DNA of 64,000 bases from Phoronis australis (taxonomy: Eukaryota; Animalia; Phoronida): the NCBI GenBank assembly GCA_002633005.1, contig NMRA01000059.1:609883-673882 (forward strand), written 5' to 3'. Position 1 is the stretch's first letter. The number at the start of each line of letters is the position of its first letter. Shown here in pieces: positions 13,201 through 27,825 of the stretch. The notes below the pieces were generated by a model that was given only the letters and a program-made list of their open reading frames with translations, did not search any database and was not told the origin of the DNA. The translations under genes and the position numbers were made by a program.

Positions 13201-16200
13201 CCGAGAGCTGTGACCGGGGTGGAGAGAAGCAAGCTGCAGTGACGGATGCTCGAGTACAGGTCGGGTGGCTAGCCAATGATGTCGGTTCTTGCCTGACGGT
13301 AACACGCTCCGGGATTGAAGAAGGCACCAGCAGTGACTGAACAACAATGACCAACAGCAGATTTTGTTCGACAAAAGGGAGGGAGCGTGGGAAAGGTATA
13401 AATCGGTTGAAATGAGATTTTGTGGAACCCAGGGTAGGGAGGGTGGGGAAGGTATAAAATTAGGAAAACTTACGACTGAATGTGCTGTTGCTTGAGGCTG
13501 GGCCAAAGGAAGCTCTCGAGAGAAAGAACAAACAGCGCTACTATCGGACTTGGTAGGAACTAACTAGGAGTTGGATATGAAGGATGAAGGGGTGTGTAAT
13601 AGTATTTGCCCAAATAATAGGATTTATGTCAGAGTGCCATGAATCCCATTATTACGCCAACTCTTCAATACGATGGTCGGCTATTCAGTGCCACAAAACA
13701 CAAAACGAAAATTGCTATACAAGCCGTTTTTTGTGACTATTTGCAGTACCAAAGTTACAAGGCATACTACAAAAGATGGTGCATTGTGAAAAAAACCTAT
13801 GGTCTTAGGGAGGAGGAACTTCATTGAATTAACTGTGTGTATGTCTATTTGTTGCTTGTTTCACGTTCTAAACGTTTTCATTGCCTAAAGGACATAAGTC
13901 CGAACGGTACATTATTACATAATTGTGAGTCTAGAAAAACGTAGAGAAGGACTAGATGGAAAAAATTATCATTCAAGCACGTGAAATACTTTAGTTGTGC
14001 GCAAAATTTAACTTTACAGATACTTTGTGGGAAGAATTTTCACTAGTGATAGCGCGGTTCCGAATGACACTGCACGTTACGTGCACATCTGACCTGTGTG
14101 ACACTGTTCCATGTCAAAAGCCAAGTCTCCGTCCTGTAGTTGGCCGATGCATCGCCGTTTGAAGAAAATCGCACATAGAAGGCTCCCTGAAATGAGATTT
14201 GTGGTCGTTTCGTTAATTTAACTGGGATCACTTTCTTCACATCAGGTTCACGAAGGTTATATATAGCACCGGCGGATATTGTTGTATAATTTACAAATTA
14301 GACTGTAGGTGTGAGACTTTTCTAATGTCAGGGAGGTGTCTGAAAACCTTTTCGAGAAATTGGAAGGAAGGACGTTTTCAACGACTAGTCTTTTGTTTGC
14401 GCAAATTTCCCATACTGCATTAAACGATAGCATATAATACTTTTTCATCAAACTTTTCAGTTAACACGGCACCTCAATTAGCATTTGCAAGGTACTTACA
14501 AAAGACGTCACTCTGTGCAGGACTGCCTGTAGTTATGCGACCCAAAACTACAGCCGATAGAGGGCGCGAGAGATCAGCAGCAACCAAGCGACAAACCGAA
14601 GAGCGCTGTAGTCAAACTTTCTCCCATATACGCACGATTTCCTTCGTCATATTGCGAGCCCTGGGAATCAGTTTACAACACCAGGCTGGCAGCTGTAGGG
14701 TCTACACACATTCGTGGACCCCGACAGAGTTGAGATATAGTAGCTGTATTCGGGATCAAACAATCTATCACGTAGAATGATCTGAAAATCACGGAAATAA
14801 AATAGCATTGACAGAACTTTTCATGTTGCTTAGAAGCGTACATGGAGACACGATGGTACAGATTTTGCGACATAAAGATACCTTCTACAGGTACACACTA
14901 GTTGGAACTGTGAACGGCAATCACGCCAATAGGGGGCAGCACAAACGGGGTACTTAAAGTAGGCCTACAAAAGTCAAAGCCATATGAGGTTCTCATCAAT
15001 TATCCGTCAACATTGTTCTTGAAAATTCAAAGAACAAGTTCACTAAGACAACAACATGTAATAAGGAGATCTTGAAGATACACAAAGAATTTGAAAGCCG
15101 TGCCACACATTTATTGTATCCGATCCGAGTTTGAACCCGCCTGATGCGAAATTCACCGACGGCGTTGTGGTAGTGCGACGATAGATGGCGGTAAGCAATT
15201 ACCCTAAACAAAACGACTGCAACAACCATACCTACTGCCACAATGTGTTAAAAGGCCATGGACGATCAAAGAAAGGTCGTAGCTCGAGCATTGGTTTCTT
15301 TATTATTTATGGTTCGGCCGTTTGTACAAACTGAGGACAGTAGTCCGCTACTGCACACTTTCGAGAATGCAGAGCCGACACACTGTGGAAAACGTTTACG
15401 GCAGCTTTGGAAATAGGACAGATAATGTGGCGATTAGATTTGTCAGAAAGATTTATAGGCTTACACAATCTGAACCGGCTACAATAGTAATGTAGCAATT
15501 ATTGGAGTTGTTGCAAAATAACATCAACTATACTCGAAACTTATGAGACCTTTTTGAAGAGCCCTTATGTTTACGACATTGAGTGCGTAAGAATCGGGTC
15601 AGGTGGGAATCCCAGATTACCAAATACTTTGCAAATGAGTCAGTAATTTGAAAAAATATTTCGTGTCAGGCAAGCAAGTAAGTCCGTTTGCACTGGGAAT
15701 TACGAAAACCCGAACGTAATTAATAACAGTTCCAACCCACTGCAAGGTTATTCTTTGTTTTGACAATGGGAATTCCCGTGTTGCAATCAATTAGTTGACC
15801 CCGTGAAAGGTAAGGTCATGAATCACTGTTAACGATCATGTTGCCAATGGTTACGGGGGGTGGTGAAAATAGTTATATGTAATATTTGTCACGCCGTTGA
15901 ACGTCAGAGAATGTGATCAGTTGCTCCCAGATGTCCAATTTATGCACGAAAGCGACATTATTGTGGAAGATTTTCATTTTTAAAGTTCATTTACTTCAAA
16001 ATCACGAATCACAATTGCATATTCATTGGTGCACGAACCCGAAAGCGAACATCAAAATTAAAATGCAATAAAACTTACAAGTGTATCAAATAAAATGGCG
16101 AGCCACACATGTAAAATTAACACTCTGTACATCTAACCATTTAATCCACAGTTTTAGAAATATATCGTTTCATGAGCGACTGACTTACATGTATGTATTA

Positions 16201-17761
16201 GAGCTTGATCGAATGCCAGTCTGTAAAGCCACTGCCAATCAACTCAAGATTATTCAGTGTTACCTATTCACGTCATCAGACTGAGTGCTTAAAGGATTTC
16301 CATGACATTCCATACTAAAGATCGATTTGTGTTTTTATTTAGTCGACATGCACCACTTAAGTCAGGCTAAATTATCAAAAATAGAAAAAAGACTTTTGTG
16401 GCTGGTTTTATGAAGTAGTAATTATTCATGTGCATAAAGTAGCAACACCCCCCGGTGTTCTTTTACGAAATATCACGAGACTGGAATTTCTTTACGTCAT
16501 TGGAAAGTTGTACACAACCAAAACAACGCATATGTTTTGTTGTCGATTACACAGATTCACTGTGTGGCGGGAATTCCGCACAGTTCAGACAGCAATGAGA
16601 AGCATCAATAAGTGCTAAAAATAGTGCATACGTTCACACGTCGGCCGGGAAGTTTTGAATCAAACACATGCACTGATGTTAGTAACAGCTTAGCACTGAA
16701 GACAATTGACTCCATTTTCAGCACCGTCGTAATCTACATTCTTCAGCAACGGAAATTTATAAAAAACCCTGTGACTCAAGTAACTGGGTGGTGTTGTGCC
16801 ACGTGGCACACCCGTCATTCGCTGCATGAGAAGGTGACCATTTTACGGGTGATAGAACCTTTTGTCCAACGCATTCCTCGGATTTGTAAACAATACAATT
16901 GAATGTTCTGTGCTACCCGAATGGATTCTGCAAACTCATGAGCGGCATGTGCAAGCGTGTGACCCACTTCTTAGGAATCAATGAAATAAAGAGAAAAACA
17001 CCATAATGAACTGTTCGTTGCATACAAATCAAAATATATTTCGTGCTATTTATGTTAAATCGGACCACGCACTGTAGCGGCTTTGGTAGACAGAAACTGT
17101 CGGTTGTACATGAGCGTGGCGAAAAAGAAGGCCCTTAGGGGATTCTCACACTACTGGGTGTTGAGACTGAACACTAACCTAAACAGATAATATAACACGA
17201 CACAATAGAATGCACGCGCTCACCCAGCCTTCAATATGGGGGAGGGGGCTCGAATCCCTCGTGTTGTGGACCTTTTGCTAACAAAAGAGCGGGCGGACTA
17301 AAAACAATAAAAAAAAACAAAAAAAAAAAACGGGAACAGCACTGTGAATTGCGCGTTTGCGCTTATTTAGTGGGCTTTAGTCCCATTCTCTCGGACTTAT
17401 TGTCTCTCGGGGGCGGACCTTTTTGCCTACTTCGCCAAATAGGGGGCCCCCTGGGTGCGCGCATGTTATGGTGTTGGTTATTATCAAAGTTTGAAAGGAA
17501 AGTTGTGTTTAAAAGGGCAAACTGATATGTCTTTCGCGTGTTCGTTTCTCATTGGTTAATTCTCAAGGTATATTGAATATACTATTCATGCATACTACTA
17601 TACAAATTCCAACCATTAAGCGAAGGTTATTGGATACCTTAAAGAAAGGTCATAGCCGAATGTGTAAATAGTCCTAAAAGGAGGTATTCATCTTTTGAAA
17701 TAGTAAGAACCCACTCGTTTATGTGAGGGCAATGAGCTATACCTCCTGGTATAGCTCATTG

Positions 17762-17865
17762 GTGAGGGTGAAAATCACAGTACACAAGTAAGGGTGCAAA
17801 CCACTGTACACATGTGAGGGTGCAAACCACAGTACACATGTGAGGGTGCAAACCACAGTACACAT
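17762..17865. repeat. 26-bp minisatellite, about 4 copies
   Basis: GAGGGTGCAAACCACAGTACACATGT units. Confidence 0.85.
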
Positions 17866-19000
17866 GAAACAGTGTTTTGAAAAATGAGCAATACCCAATA
17901 AAATGAGCCTGAAGACAGATTTGAGTCTTTTTTCAGAAATGTGATAAGCACAATATATTGTATACTTAAATGGGATAAGCATTATACATGTATATTGTAT
18001 ACTTAAAATGTATTTCCTTGCGGAACAGCTGCGTTGTGTGCGATGAATTACGATCGAGTAAAATGTAAATGAGATGAACAATTTATTTTAACCTTTCTTC
18101 AGCACAATCGAGTAAAATGTATCTCCAGTTCCACGATTTCCAAGATTCAAATTTAATTTTGAAGAACATTGCTATTGAAACTGTGACAAAATTTTGAGTC
18201 TTGGACATGCCATTTTGTATCACAACATGTTTCACTTCAGAGAACACATCGGAATTTGCTTTCAGTCCGCACCTAGAGTCACTACATTTTGTCTCATGTC
18301 ATCTCATGGCATTAGTTACGTTTATTGATTTGTGCTGTTTTAAAATTTGTTCTATCAAATATTAATAAATTTTGATGTTAAGTGTTTCATATTTTCCTGT
18401 TACGAATTTGGAAATATGGATTTCTGGGACTTTATAAGATAGTCACAGTATTATATGGGAATAAGACAGTGTCAATATTATTGTTCGGGAATCTATTGGA
18501 TATCGGTGTAACATTATCAAGACAGTGCTTAGTACTATCATGGGAATTACTATGCTTATCAGTATTGTCATTACTATCAATTAATAGCAAGTGTTATTTT
18601 TGTAATAATATAATATATAATATTAAAATAACAATAATAATAACAATAGTTGAATACTGATGATGACGATGATGGTGATTGTGATGGTGGTGACAGTGAT
18701 GATGAAAAACAAATAAACAATAACGATAAACAACTAAATTGTATTTTTATAAGTCATTAATGATCATAATCAAAATAATCCATTGTAATTTTACTTGTAT
18801 TAACCTTGGAAAATTTAGTGCACAGAAATATATATAGGATTGTAATTTACGAAATGTTACTGTTTTAAAGAAATATAATCAATTTATGGCAAAAAGGAAG
18901 GACTATCTTTAAAAATGCACTTAAATTTTAAGAATACGATGGCCCGAAAGTATCATCACTATTTTAGTTTAATTATTGTTTTATTTTTAATTTTCACCTT

Positions 19001-19133
19001 GGTGGAAATTATTTTCACCCAGTTAGAAATTATTTTAACGTAGGTGGAAATTATTTTCACCCAGGTAGAAATTATTTTAAAGTAGGTGGAAATTATTTTC
19101 ACCCATGGAAAAATTATTTTAACCTAGGTGGAA
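19001..19133. repeat. 42-bp (2 x ~21) tandem repeat, about 3 copies
   Basis: GGTGGAAATTATTTTCACCC alternating with AG.TAGAAATTATTTTAA..TA. Confidence 0.85.
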
Positions 19134-22100
19134 CCTTACAACACTACCATAACAAACAAGACATATTTCTTTAACATTTTATTTCAGTCCGAGATTTTGC
19201 GTTTACACGTGAGAGCAGATAATCAACATTCAGGCCATGGCAGAAGTACGCGACTGTTAACGCATGCGCATGGCGAGTATTTGAAGTTTTATTCTTCTTC
19301 AAGATTTCAATGAGTGTTTCCGTTAACACAGGTGGGTACACTCCATACAACTGTAATAACTCCTGAAAAAAGTCAATAAACATTCAGCTTACTTGAAGTA
19401 TAAATTGGCAATAACTAGCTGCGAAAGAGACTTGTAAATAATGGCTAGTGATGCTTGTGTAAAAAGTAATTGGATATTTTTAAGTTGAATGATTTATGTA
19501 TTGGCAAAAAGAAAATGTGTCAAACAACAACGCTGACAACTCGTAGTTTGATAGCACCTGCATTTGTAATTTGACTGTGTTTATCAGACTTTGAATAAGT
19601 AACTGACATGAAGGCATTACCACGCTTTTCTTTTACACGTAATAAAGTATCACATGCTTATTAAAATTACACTTAACAAACAAAAAACAGAAAACCTGGA
19701 GTTAACTTTACTTTTTACCAGATTCCAAACGATCGTTAAATTTACCGAATTCCACAATCAAAAACAGAACTTGCACGGATTGTCTGAGATGCAAAATGTT
19801 TTTCTTCGATATCACAACATAAAAGAGTCATATACAAATCTGCAAGACTTACAGTACAGTACGTCCCGTGTTACAACCCGCTCTGGACCGGTATAGCTAC
19901 GTCGCTTTTGTTGGTGGCCAGATTAGGCATTAAACTATACAATTGTGAATTTCACAAATAAACTCAGTCAAATTAATTTCTGATTCACATTAAGAGCTTT
20001 TTCTCAAGAAATACGATTGCGTTTGCGTCAGACAAGTGCAGATATTATTTCAGGCTTGTTCATAGGGACTACATGACATGATAGAATTCTCGATCACATC
20101 GCGACACAACAGATTAGTCAAGTAATTTCTGAAAAAAAACGATGCGAAATTTATGGATTTCAGAAACATTCAGGAACACTGGTACGTAGTACTGTTCAAA
20201 ATACGCCCAATTGCGGTTTGAACAATGGCAAATAAACTAAACTCAACCCCTTCTGTCCATACGTCGCATCTATATTTGGAGGTTTGGGTCCAATAGCATG
20301 TCCTGGACGGTTTCAGCAAACAAATTCGACACTCACGTGTCTCGATACGGTGACATTTACATGTCTACGTACCAAGCGATTCGTATCTGTCATTCATTCC
20401 ACAAGAGCTAGAAACTGACGTTTCAAATAAATAATCCTGAATACTGTAACAACGGAACGTTTTCACGGATATCATTATCTTTCTAAGAAAATCAAAATCA
20501 TATCAGTTGCAAAACGTCACCATGGCACACATCAAGAAATTTCAAAAATGGTCAACGGTTTTCCATTCGCCAATGATCTTTATGCCACATGTATTCATGA
20601 AGTTGTCAACTGATATTTATCAATCAATGGCGCCCCCACCTCACGAGATATTAAGAATTATTTCTTGGAAATCTTCGACCACTCAAACGAAGTAAGTAAA
20701 AGAAAACATTCGCAAAAGAACAAAATCGTCAAAACAAGAGTTATAGTACGTCACCTGTGGAAATTCATACGTCCGATCAAACAACGAACATAAAAAGGTT
20801 TAGTTTACACATAAGAACATGACCCAAAACATAATAATGAACATTTGCAACAATATTCTCTCTAATTAAGTTATGGCAACACGATACGTGTAGAACTACA
20901 TATTAGCAAAGGTGATCAATTTATGATCAGACCACAACAATCAATGGCAACCCTTAATCAAAACTAACACGCGTGCCACAAACACAAGAAATGGGAGTAA
21001 ACTGCTGAAATTTGAGACGCGCAATAACTTACTCCACACATAAACAATGGTCGAACGTGGCGCATTCAAATAAACACTTTGATACTCAATGAAAAACGAT
21101 ATTGATTTTCTGGTGTCAGCAACGGAAGCTTCAACATGTGCAGTTTCCATTTGTAGCATTTAGGAGACAGTTAACCAAATGTCGATGTTTTAATCATAAC
21201 CCGAGAGAAAAATAAACATTTAGTACACCGGAAGTGGATACTTATGCACTACTTCTACTGTAATAAAGATGAATGTTTTTTGTTTCAGTGTTCCAATTTC
21301 AATTACCATTGAAGAGAACTACTCTTACGTGGTATAAATGAAAAAGTATTCCAAACATTCCAACTTAATGAGCAATGAACATGCTTCGCTGGTCAACAGA
21401 ATATAGTCGAAATTAAAAAGCCAACGAGAGAAAGGTTATTTGCGTTGAAATAATTTCCGTGCATAATTGACAAAATGCTACGACTAGTATATATTCGGCA
21501 ATAAATGATTCGAAATAAGAATGAGTAGACTACAAAGGAATGTATAATCTACAAGTTCATGATCATGCAACTCTATTTTTGACGATGTGAATCTAATCCA
21601 ACGATAATAGACTCGCTCTATGGCGCGCCTAGTCACAATGTCTTTAATGTCGTGTATTGGTCAAACAGTTTTTTAATCTATTTGAAACAATAATGCCTGG
21701 ACTCTGTTTCATGACGAGTGACTTTGTCTTAAGTCAGATTTTTTTCTCACGCTCCTAATAAATATTTCTGAAAAATTAAAAATTAAAAATTAATATTTGA
21801 TGCAGAAAGAAAGTGATTTGATTGTTTTTCGAACATATTTTTCATCGAAATTAGTGATAGGACTTTTGAGTGCAACAATAGTGGGAATTATGACGCAGGA
21901 AAAATAGACAAGAACTTATTATTGACAAACGAGAATAACAAAAACGGTAGCGACAACTGGGACTACATGTAGTCAATGGAAACGGTAATAACACCGCAAA
22001 AGCGTAAGACACACATTACTGAATATAGTAAGAAATAATTGTTTTCGTCACTAAGTGTAAACTCATGTAAAAGACGGATGGTCGGTGGGTTAAATAAAAA

Positions 22101-25100
22101 GTTTTTAAAGAACAGAGAACGAATAGAAGATTCTCTTTAAGTCAAGATACGAAAATACTAAGTGGCAACATTAAAACAACAGCATAAACAGGGAGGGGTC
22201 TGGGGCATTTTAATGGAAACCACGCGTGGTGGAATAGGAGTACAGTTTCTCTTTTATTCAAATTAGGTTGAAGACACGATTGTGTTTTTTGTTTGACAGC
22301 ATACAATACTCGCTCGTAGTCTCCAAACAATCTCCTATCTTCAGGCGTGCAGCTGTGAAGCAATAAATAGGTCTCTTGCTGCAAATATCTGTTATTAACT
22401 AACACTGATATCACGGTAACCTTTGATGGACATGACTTACCCACGCTGTGAAGCAGAAACTGTAATACTCGAAAAAATGAAACACGATCAATAAAAACTC
22501 ACCGACATCTTCCAGAGGAGGGCAGGAATAATCTCGTCACTTGGAGGTTGGTGGAATTGAAATAATGATAATTGTAGAAGTGTCCTGCGTACATTCCCAG
22601 TATTATAAAAACAGGCAAACATTATTTATGCAGTTTAATGTTTATAAAAACGTATTCTTGTTGTTACTGGTGGTCTCCAGTAATAAACAAGTGTCATCGA
22701 GAGTGTTCGTCATTCAGGTTTCGACGAAGTCTTTCTCGAAAATTTCTCTCGTAAAAATCGAAAAACATCGACAGTAATTTTTCACCAAGAGACAAGAAAG
22801 CAAAGGAGCGACCAACTATGACAGAGCAGGGAAGAACCGTTCCACCGTCGAGTGCAGTTTTCAACGGTACGGTGTCGCTATTTAACGATGTTATGCATCG
22901 CAATTTCTATACCATTTAGTAATGATGGCGTTGTTGTTTTGATCAGTCTAAGAATAGCCAAATTTCGTTACAAACTACACGAAGTTGTTTTTGGCTCAAA
23001 AATCAAACTGAGCATAACTTTCGTGTGCCGTTTTGGAGAAAAACATCAGCCCTGAAAGCGAGATTTTTGTGTTCTTGTCAACGTCTTAATGTTCGGCCAT
23101 TTTGTTGCGAAACCGGATCGTTAGACTAGAATAGGCCTGCCCAGTGATTTTTTTCTACTAGTCGTCAGTTTCACGAGTGATTTTTAAAATTCTGTCGCAT
23201 ACTAGAATTTGATTGATGGACGTGGAATTTGCGTTATTCAAGCTTCGTTAAACTTCACAGAGTAGTAAAGGGAGAACAAGCGCAATGTAGATTGTCAAGC
23301 CCTCGTAACAAACGTTGAGACATCCTTAGGGTATGCGTGTGAGAATTATCAAAGGCGAAGGAAGGCTTGGTTCAGTGTGGGAGGGAGGGGGGGGGGGGGG
23401 GNGTTATACCCGCCAGCAACAGTTTTACCTCTTCTTTGGTCACTTTAGAGAGTGAGCGACAAATTAATTGATTTCGCTAAAGTTTTACATCTGTGGTCCC
23501 AAAATCAGTTTTCTACAGGTGCCATCAACGAGCCTCCTCTAAGAGTTGGGTTGTATATCAAATGATACACACTTTCTACAAAAAGAGAGTGACAGTAGAT
23601 TCGATTATTCCTTGCCAGAGAAGGGTTCCCGGAAAAATACAATTTTGAAATTGTCGACTCTTGAAAATCTGCGTGGTCTAAGGCCTTTTTTAAACTGGGA
23701 CTGCCTGACAAAAATGTCCTGACCAGGTACCCGAAGAGTAAACCCTTCACTCACCGTTTACAAATGCTCCCTAAATTTGTCTCCTACATGTTTTGCTTTG
23801 AATTTCTTTTCACGACTATCGCTGACCCACGCTGCCCGCCTATGGTGGCCTCCACGAAGGTTTCACCGTCACGTCTGCCAAATATTGAAGGCACATACCC
23901 TTCGGTTCACCTCACTCCCTTCTGAAAACTGAATTAATTTATTTTGGACAGTATAATACTACTTCATCTTTTTCGTAGAGAACTTTGGTTTGACCGATTT
24001 TTAAAATCAGCTGTTTCGAAAAACTTGTGTAAATTGATAAATACAATTTATGATTAGACGAAAAGATCATAGACTCTTTGAAATAGAATGTTTATCTTAC
24101 TGCAAACTTAGTTTCAAGGCAAATCGTCCGCGTCTATAACAAATCCTTACTTGCAAATTCGCGGCACCATACATGTACATAAGGAAATTTAACAGAAGGA
24201 AAAATTGAAACGTAAGTATTAAATTTTCAATTTGTTTTTAAAGAATCCTTAATTAAAACTCTTTTGTGTAGCCTTGTGGTTAATCACGAATCTTATTTAT
24301 TCAATTCCTACTTTTATATATTTCGATCAATGTGAGAAAATACAAAAAAAAAATCACCGTACACAACCATTCTACTGTTCACGTCCTGATATACCTGATT
24401 AGATTATAGAATAGACATGTGCGCATTGCTCTAGTCTTTATCCACTCACATTCAAGCAGACAAAATCTTGTATCCAATAACAATTTAGTTGCTGAATGGG
24501 TATCCAAATACCAATTCCTTAAGTCCGATTCTCACGTTTTGGTACATATGTGATAAAAATCTCTAATTATCCTCAAAATATGTTGATGCTACCGGAAGTA
24601 GAAGTCATGAACTCAGTCTCATATCAAAAAGAATTCTGAACGGTTATCTTAAAAAAATACCTTGGAATAGAGCATATATTCTTTTGTTGTTTTAATCGAA
24701 CAATCTATACTGTTACTGGTGTATGTCCTCCAAATCATTCAAGCAATCATTTCTTTGTCAAGTAACACTGCGTGGCAGCAAGCACAAAATAATTATAAAT
24801 AAATAAAACGCTATTTCTAGTACATCTAACTTAAGTTACAATAAGATTGCATGACCACGCCTTTCAAATACCCCAAGGCATAATTTTTAAGGCATATTTG
24901 ATTAATTCCAAAGATATACTACAATTAGTTTCATTCACCTTGAATGATACTAATCCACCCAAACACGATTGTGACGCAGGAGCTGAAAGGTCAGCTTGTG
25001 CAAGACTTGCAAGCATCCTCATTTTTGTCCATACGGCCATTTTGAAGTGTTTTTTGATCCTGATACCAATATCATCATTTGTATGCATACATGAATCTAG

Positions 25101-26366
25101 GGCTTGATTTATTTTTGATACTTGCAGTCATCATGATTCAAGGTTAATATCGAATGATTATTTCCCTAGCTGTCATTTCTCCAAAATATACATGGTAGAC
25201 AAACAAGGACAAGGAACTGCAACTTTTATAAGTTGTTAGCAATGTTTGTCCACATGACCAAAGATCCTCGGATTGCGTCAAGTTCTTCGGGAGATATAAA
25301 TATTTACGATTTCAGCTAATTAGTAACTGATTATGTAACTCAGGATTAATGAGGTCAAAATTGTTTGCCGCTTGAGTATTGGTAAAAAAAAGCAAGTTAA
25401 AATTCTCATTTGGACATAACATTTGCACATAATTGCCTTATTTTGAGTGTTATAGACATATTCAGTAGGAAATAGTAGTGATTGTGAAATTGTAACGTGA
25501 CCTTGACCTTGAATGAAAGCAACTAAATCGAGTTCCTTGGATAACAAATCGGGGTAAAAATCCTCAAGTTTCTTCCAGTGGCTCGAGATATTTTATTTGT
25601 TTAAACATTTAAAAACTATTGTTAATTAGGACGTAATTATGCATGAATATCACGATTACTGCAGTCAAAATTGTTTGCTCTATATTGAAATTGAAAAAAG
25701 CACGTCTGGTCATATGTACAAGGGATGTCAATTTCTTCAAAAACCTGCACAGAGGTGCCTTATTTAGACCCTTATAGTGGGTACCTCCTGAACAAAAAAG
25801 AGTAGACTGTAAAAGTTGTTATTAAATCGTAGTGAGAAAGCGTGTAAATGTTGAAGGATTTAATTTTGAGCCACGACACAAAGAGTATATTCTATAAAAC
25901 ACAATCTTACGTTAAGGACTAAACTGCTTAAAACTAGAAATTTTTGGTGTGATGACGAAGTGTTTCCAAGTACAGTTTCTAAAATTAACTGATTGGGTAA
26001 TCAAGTTTGCTTAGTAATGACACCTGTTAGGTGAATTTTGAAAATAATTCAAATCGAAGTTTGAGCAACGAAAACAAAAAAATAGACGGTTTCAGAATAT
26101 AAGAGTTTTAACTTTTTGTGCTTGTTGACATTCCTTCGGACAAAATATCATCACCCCAATTGATCATCAGTAAGTGGTCTTCACCGAAACTCAATTTTCA
26201 CCTCACATGCTACAGTTTGCACAATATTAGCTCACATTGCAAGGTTCTACAAACCTACGTGTTAGAGTTTTTGGCACACCAGTTAAGACCGAAATATCGC
26301 GAATTGAGAAGCGTTTGTCAAAAGTAGACACCCTTCAATTGCGGCTACGTCTTCTTGCTTTCACAG

Positions 26367-26593
26367 GAAATAAATGGACGGCAGACTACGAGTACCATTC
26401 TCATCCCAACTGTGTTTGGGTTTGTGGACAGGTCCAGAACATAAGGGGCACTTCATACTATCCATGGAGTCTTGCATGCGTGTGTGGCAGGCATGGTACA
26501 CGTGAAGATGGGCACTACAGGGAGGAATGTCAGTACTTACGTCTGAGACAGAACCAAGAGCAATTTTACATATGTCGTTGTCGGTGCCGTTAA
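26367..26593 (+). CDS. Family member 4, exon 2 only (exon 1 not located)
   Basis: A polypyrimidine tract and TTCACAG|GA give a phase-1 acceptor. The exon reads NKWTADYEYHSHPNCVW...LACVCGRHGTREDGHYREECQY...YICRCRCR*. Both motif repeats are present, with W replaced by Y in repeat 2. Confidence 0.72.
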
Positions 26594-27825
26594 GAACAGG
26601 AACTAATGTCAAGACCAAATATTTTTTTCAGTGGAGAAACTTCGAAAGACTTTAGTGACCGAAAATTGCGCAAAAATACATGCTCCGACGTGACCTTTCA
26701 CGTGGTCCACAAAAGGACGTTCGTCACGAAACGAGATATATTGTCGAAAGAAACTCAAATAAGGTCGTGTGACGTCAGTTTAAAGTTTCCTTTGTACTTC
26801 TGTCAGAATGCATTTTGTTTTTAAGCTACTCTACAATTACATTCAATTATGAATACGTTTTTCAACAGTGTGTGTTTTACATTATTACAAATGATTGTAC
26901 AAAATGTAATAAATTTTTACTTCTTTTACTCTGGGTTGAATTTTTCTTTTTCATGTTTGCAATAGTACACATGACATACGAATTCCTAAAGTCGAAACAA
27001 ATAGCTAAAACTACAAAATGTCAACTCTTAGCACGCCGTAATATTTCACTGAGTCGTCGCTGACACTAAGACGGCATAAGATTTCATTATATTCGAAGTA
27101 GTCTTTTCGCTACATCAGTTGCGTCACAACTGATACTTTTTGGTCTTGTTGTCACATTGATGCCCAAACCTTTTGTAGCTGTCAAATCCACGGATGTTAA
27201 TGATATACCGGTAGTCTTTAATTGCCGATTTGGATGTTTCCGGAACATTTTCGGCCTTGTTCGTGCTAAAATGTAAAATGTTTGTCGTTCTACCGCTGTG
27301 TATATCTAACTCAAGAACAATGCCATGTGTAAGGCCAAAGCCTCACAAGCGAAACTATTCAAATCCTGAAATCATTATGAATGCGACGCTTCTCAATATG
27401 AGGTAACGACCTTAAAGTCTAAATACGGCATTTTCTGTTAGCACTTAAATGAAACAATCCTCAATATCACACCAGAGCTGAAGTGAGATTAAATTGATTT
27501 TCTGAAAATAGTGGGTGGAGCAAATAGAAAACTATATATTTTTTGTCTAAAATTGACACTGAAGCCATGTCCAACTTAGCTATGAGGTAATAGAGACTTG
27601 TACCAGTTATTTTAAGAATTTAAAAGTTTACTGACGTAGCCACGGGGGTGCACAGCGGAGCCTTGATCTCCCTGGTCGGAACTCATTTCAATTTTGCGTT
27701 ATCACCAGGCTATCTCTCATTTCAGACCGAAATCAGGCTAAGGCAGAAATTGTGTTTACAACTCAAAGCCAAAAAGACAGAAACGCGTACTCTGCTCGGG
27801 AGCAAACAGAAAAACAAAACCAAAA

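Noticed and set aside
13009-13506. Longest ORF in the track (165 aa)
   Set aside because: Non-ATG start, overlaps an interspersed repeat, and has no recognisable domain.
16815-16975. Possible minus-strand terminal exon (about 50 aa) after a pyrimidine tract
   Set aside because: Unusual AAG acceptor, no recognisable homology and no linked upstream exon.
22441-22903. Minus-strand donor-like sites (GTAAGT, GTGAGT) and short ORFs
   Set aside because: I could not assemble a consistent gene model; the implied intron is only about 31 nt.
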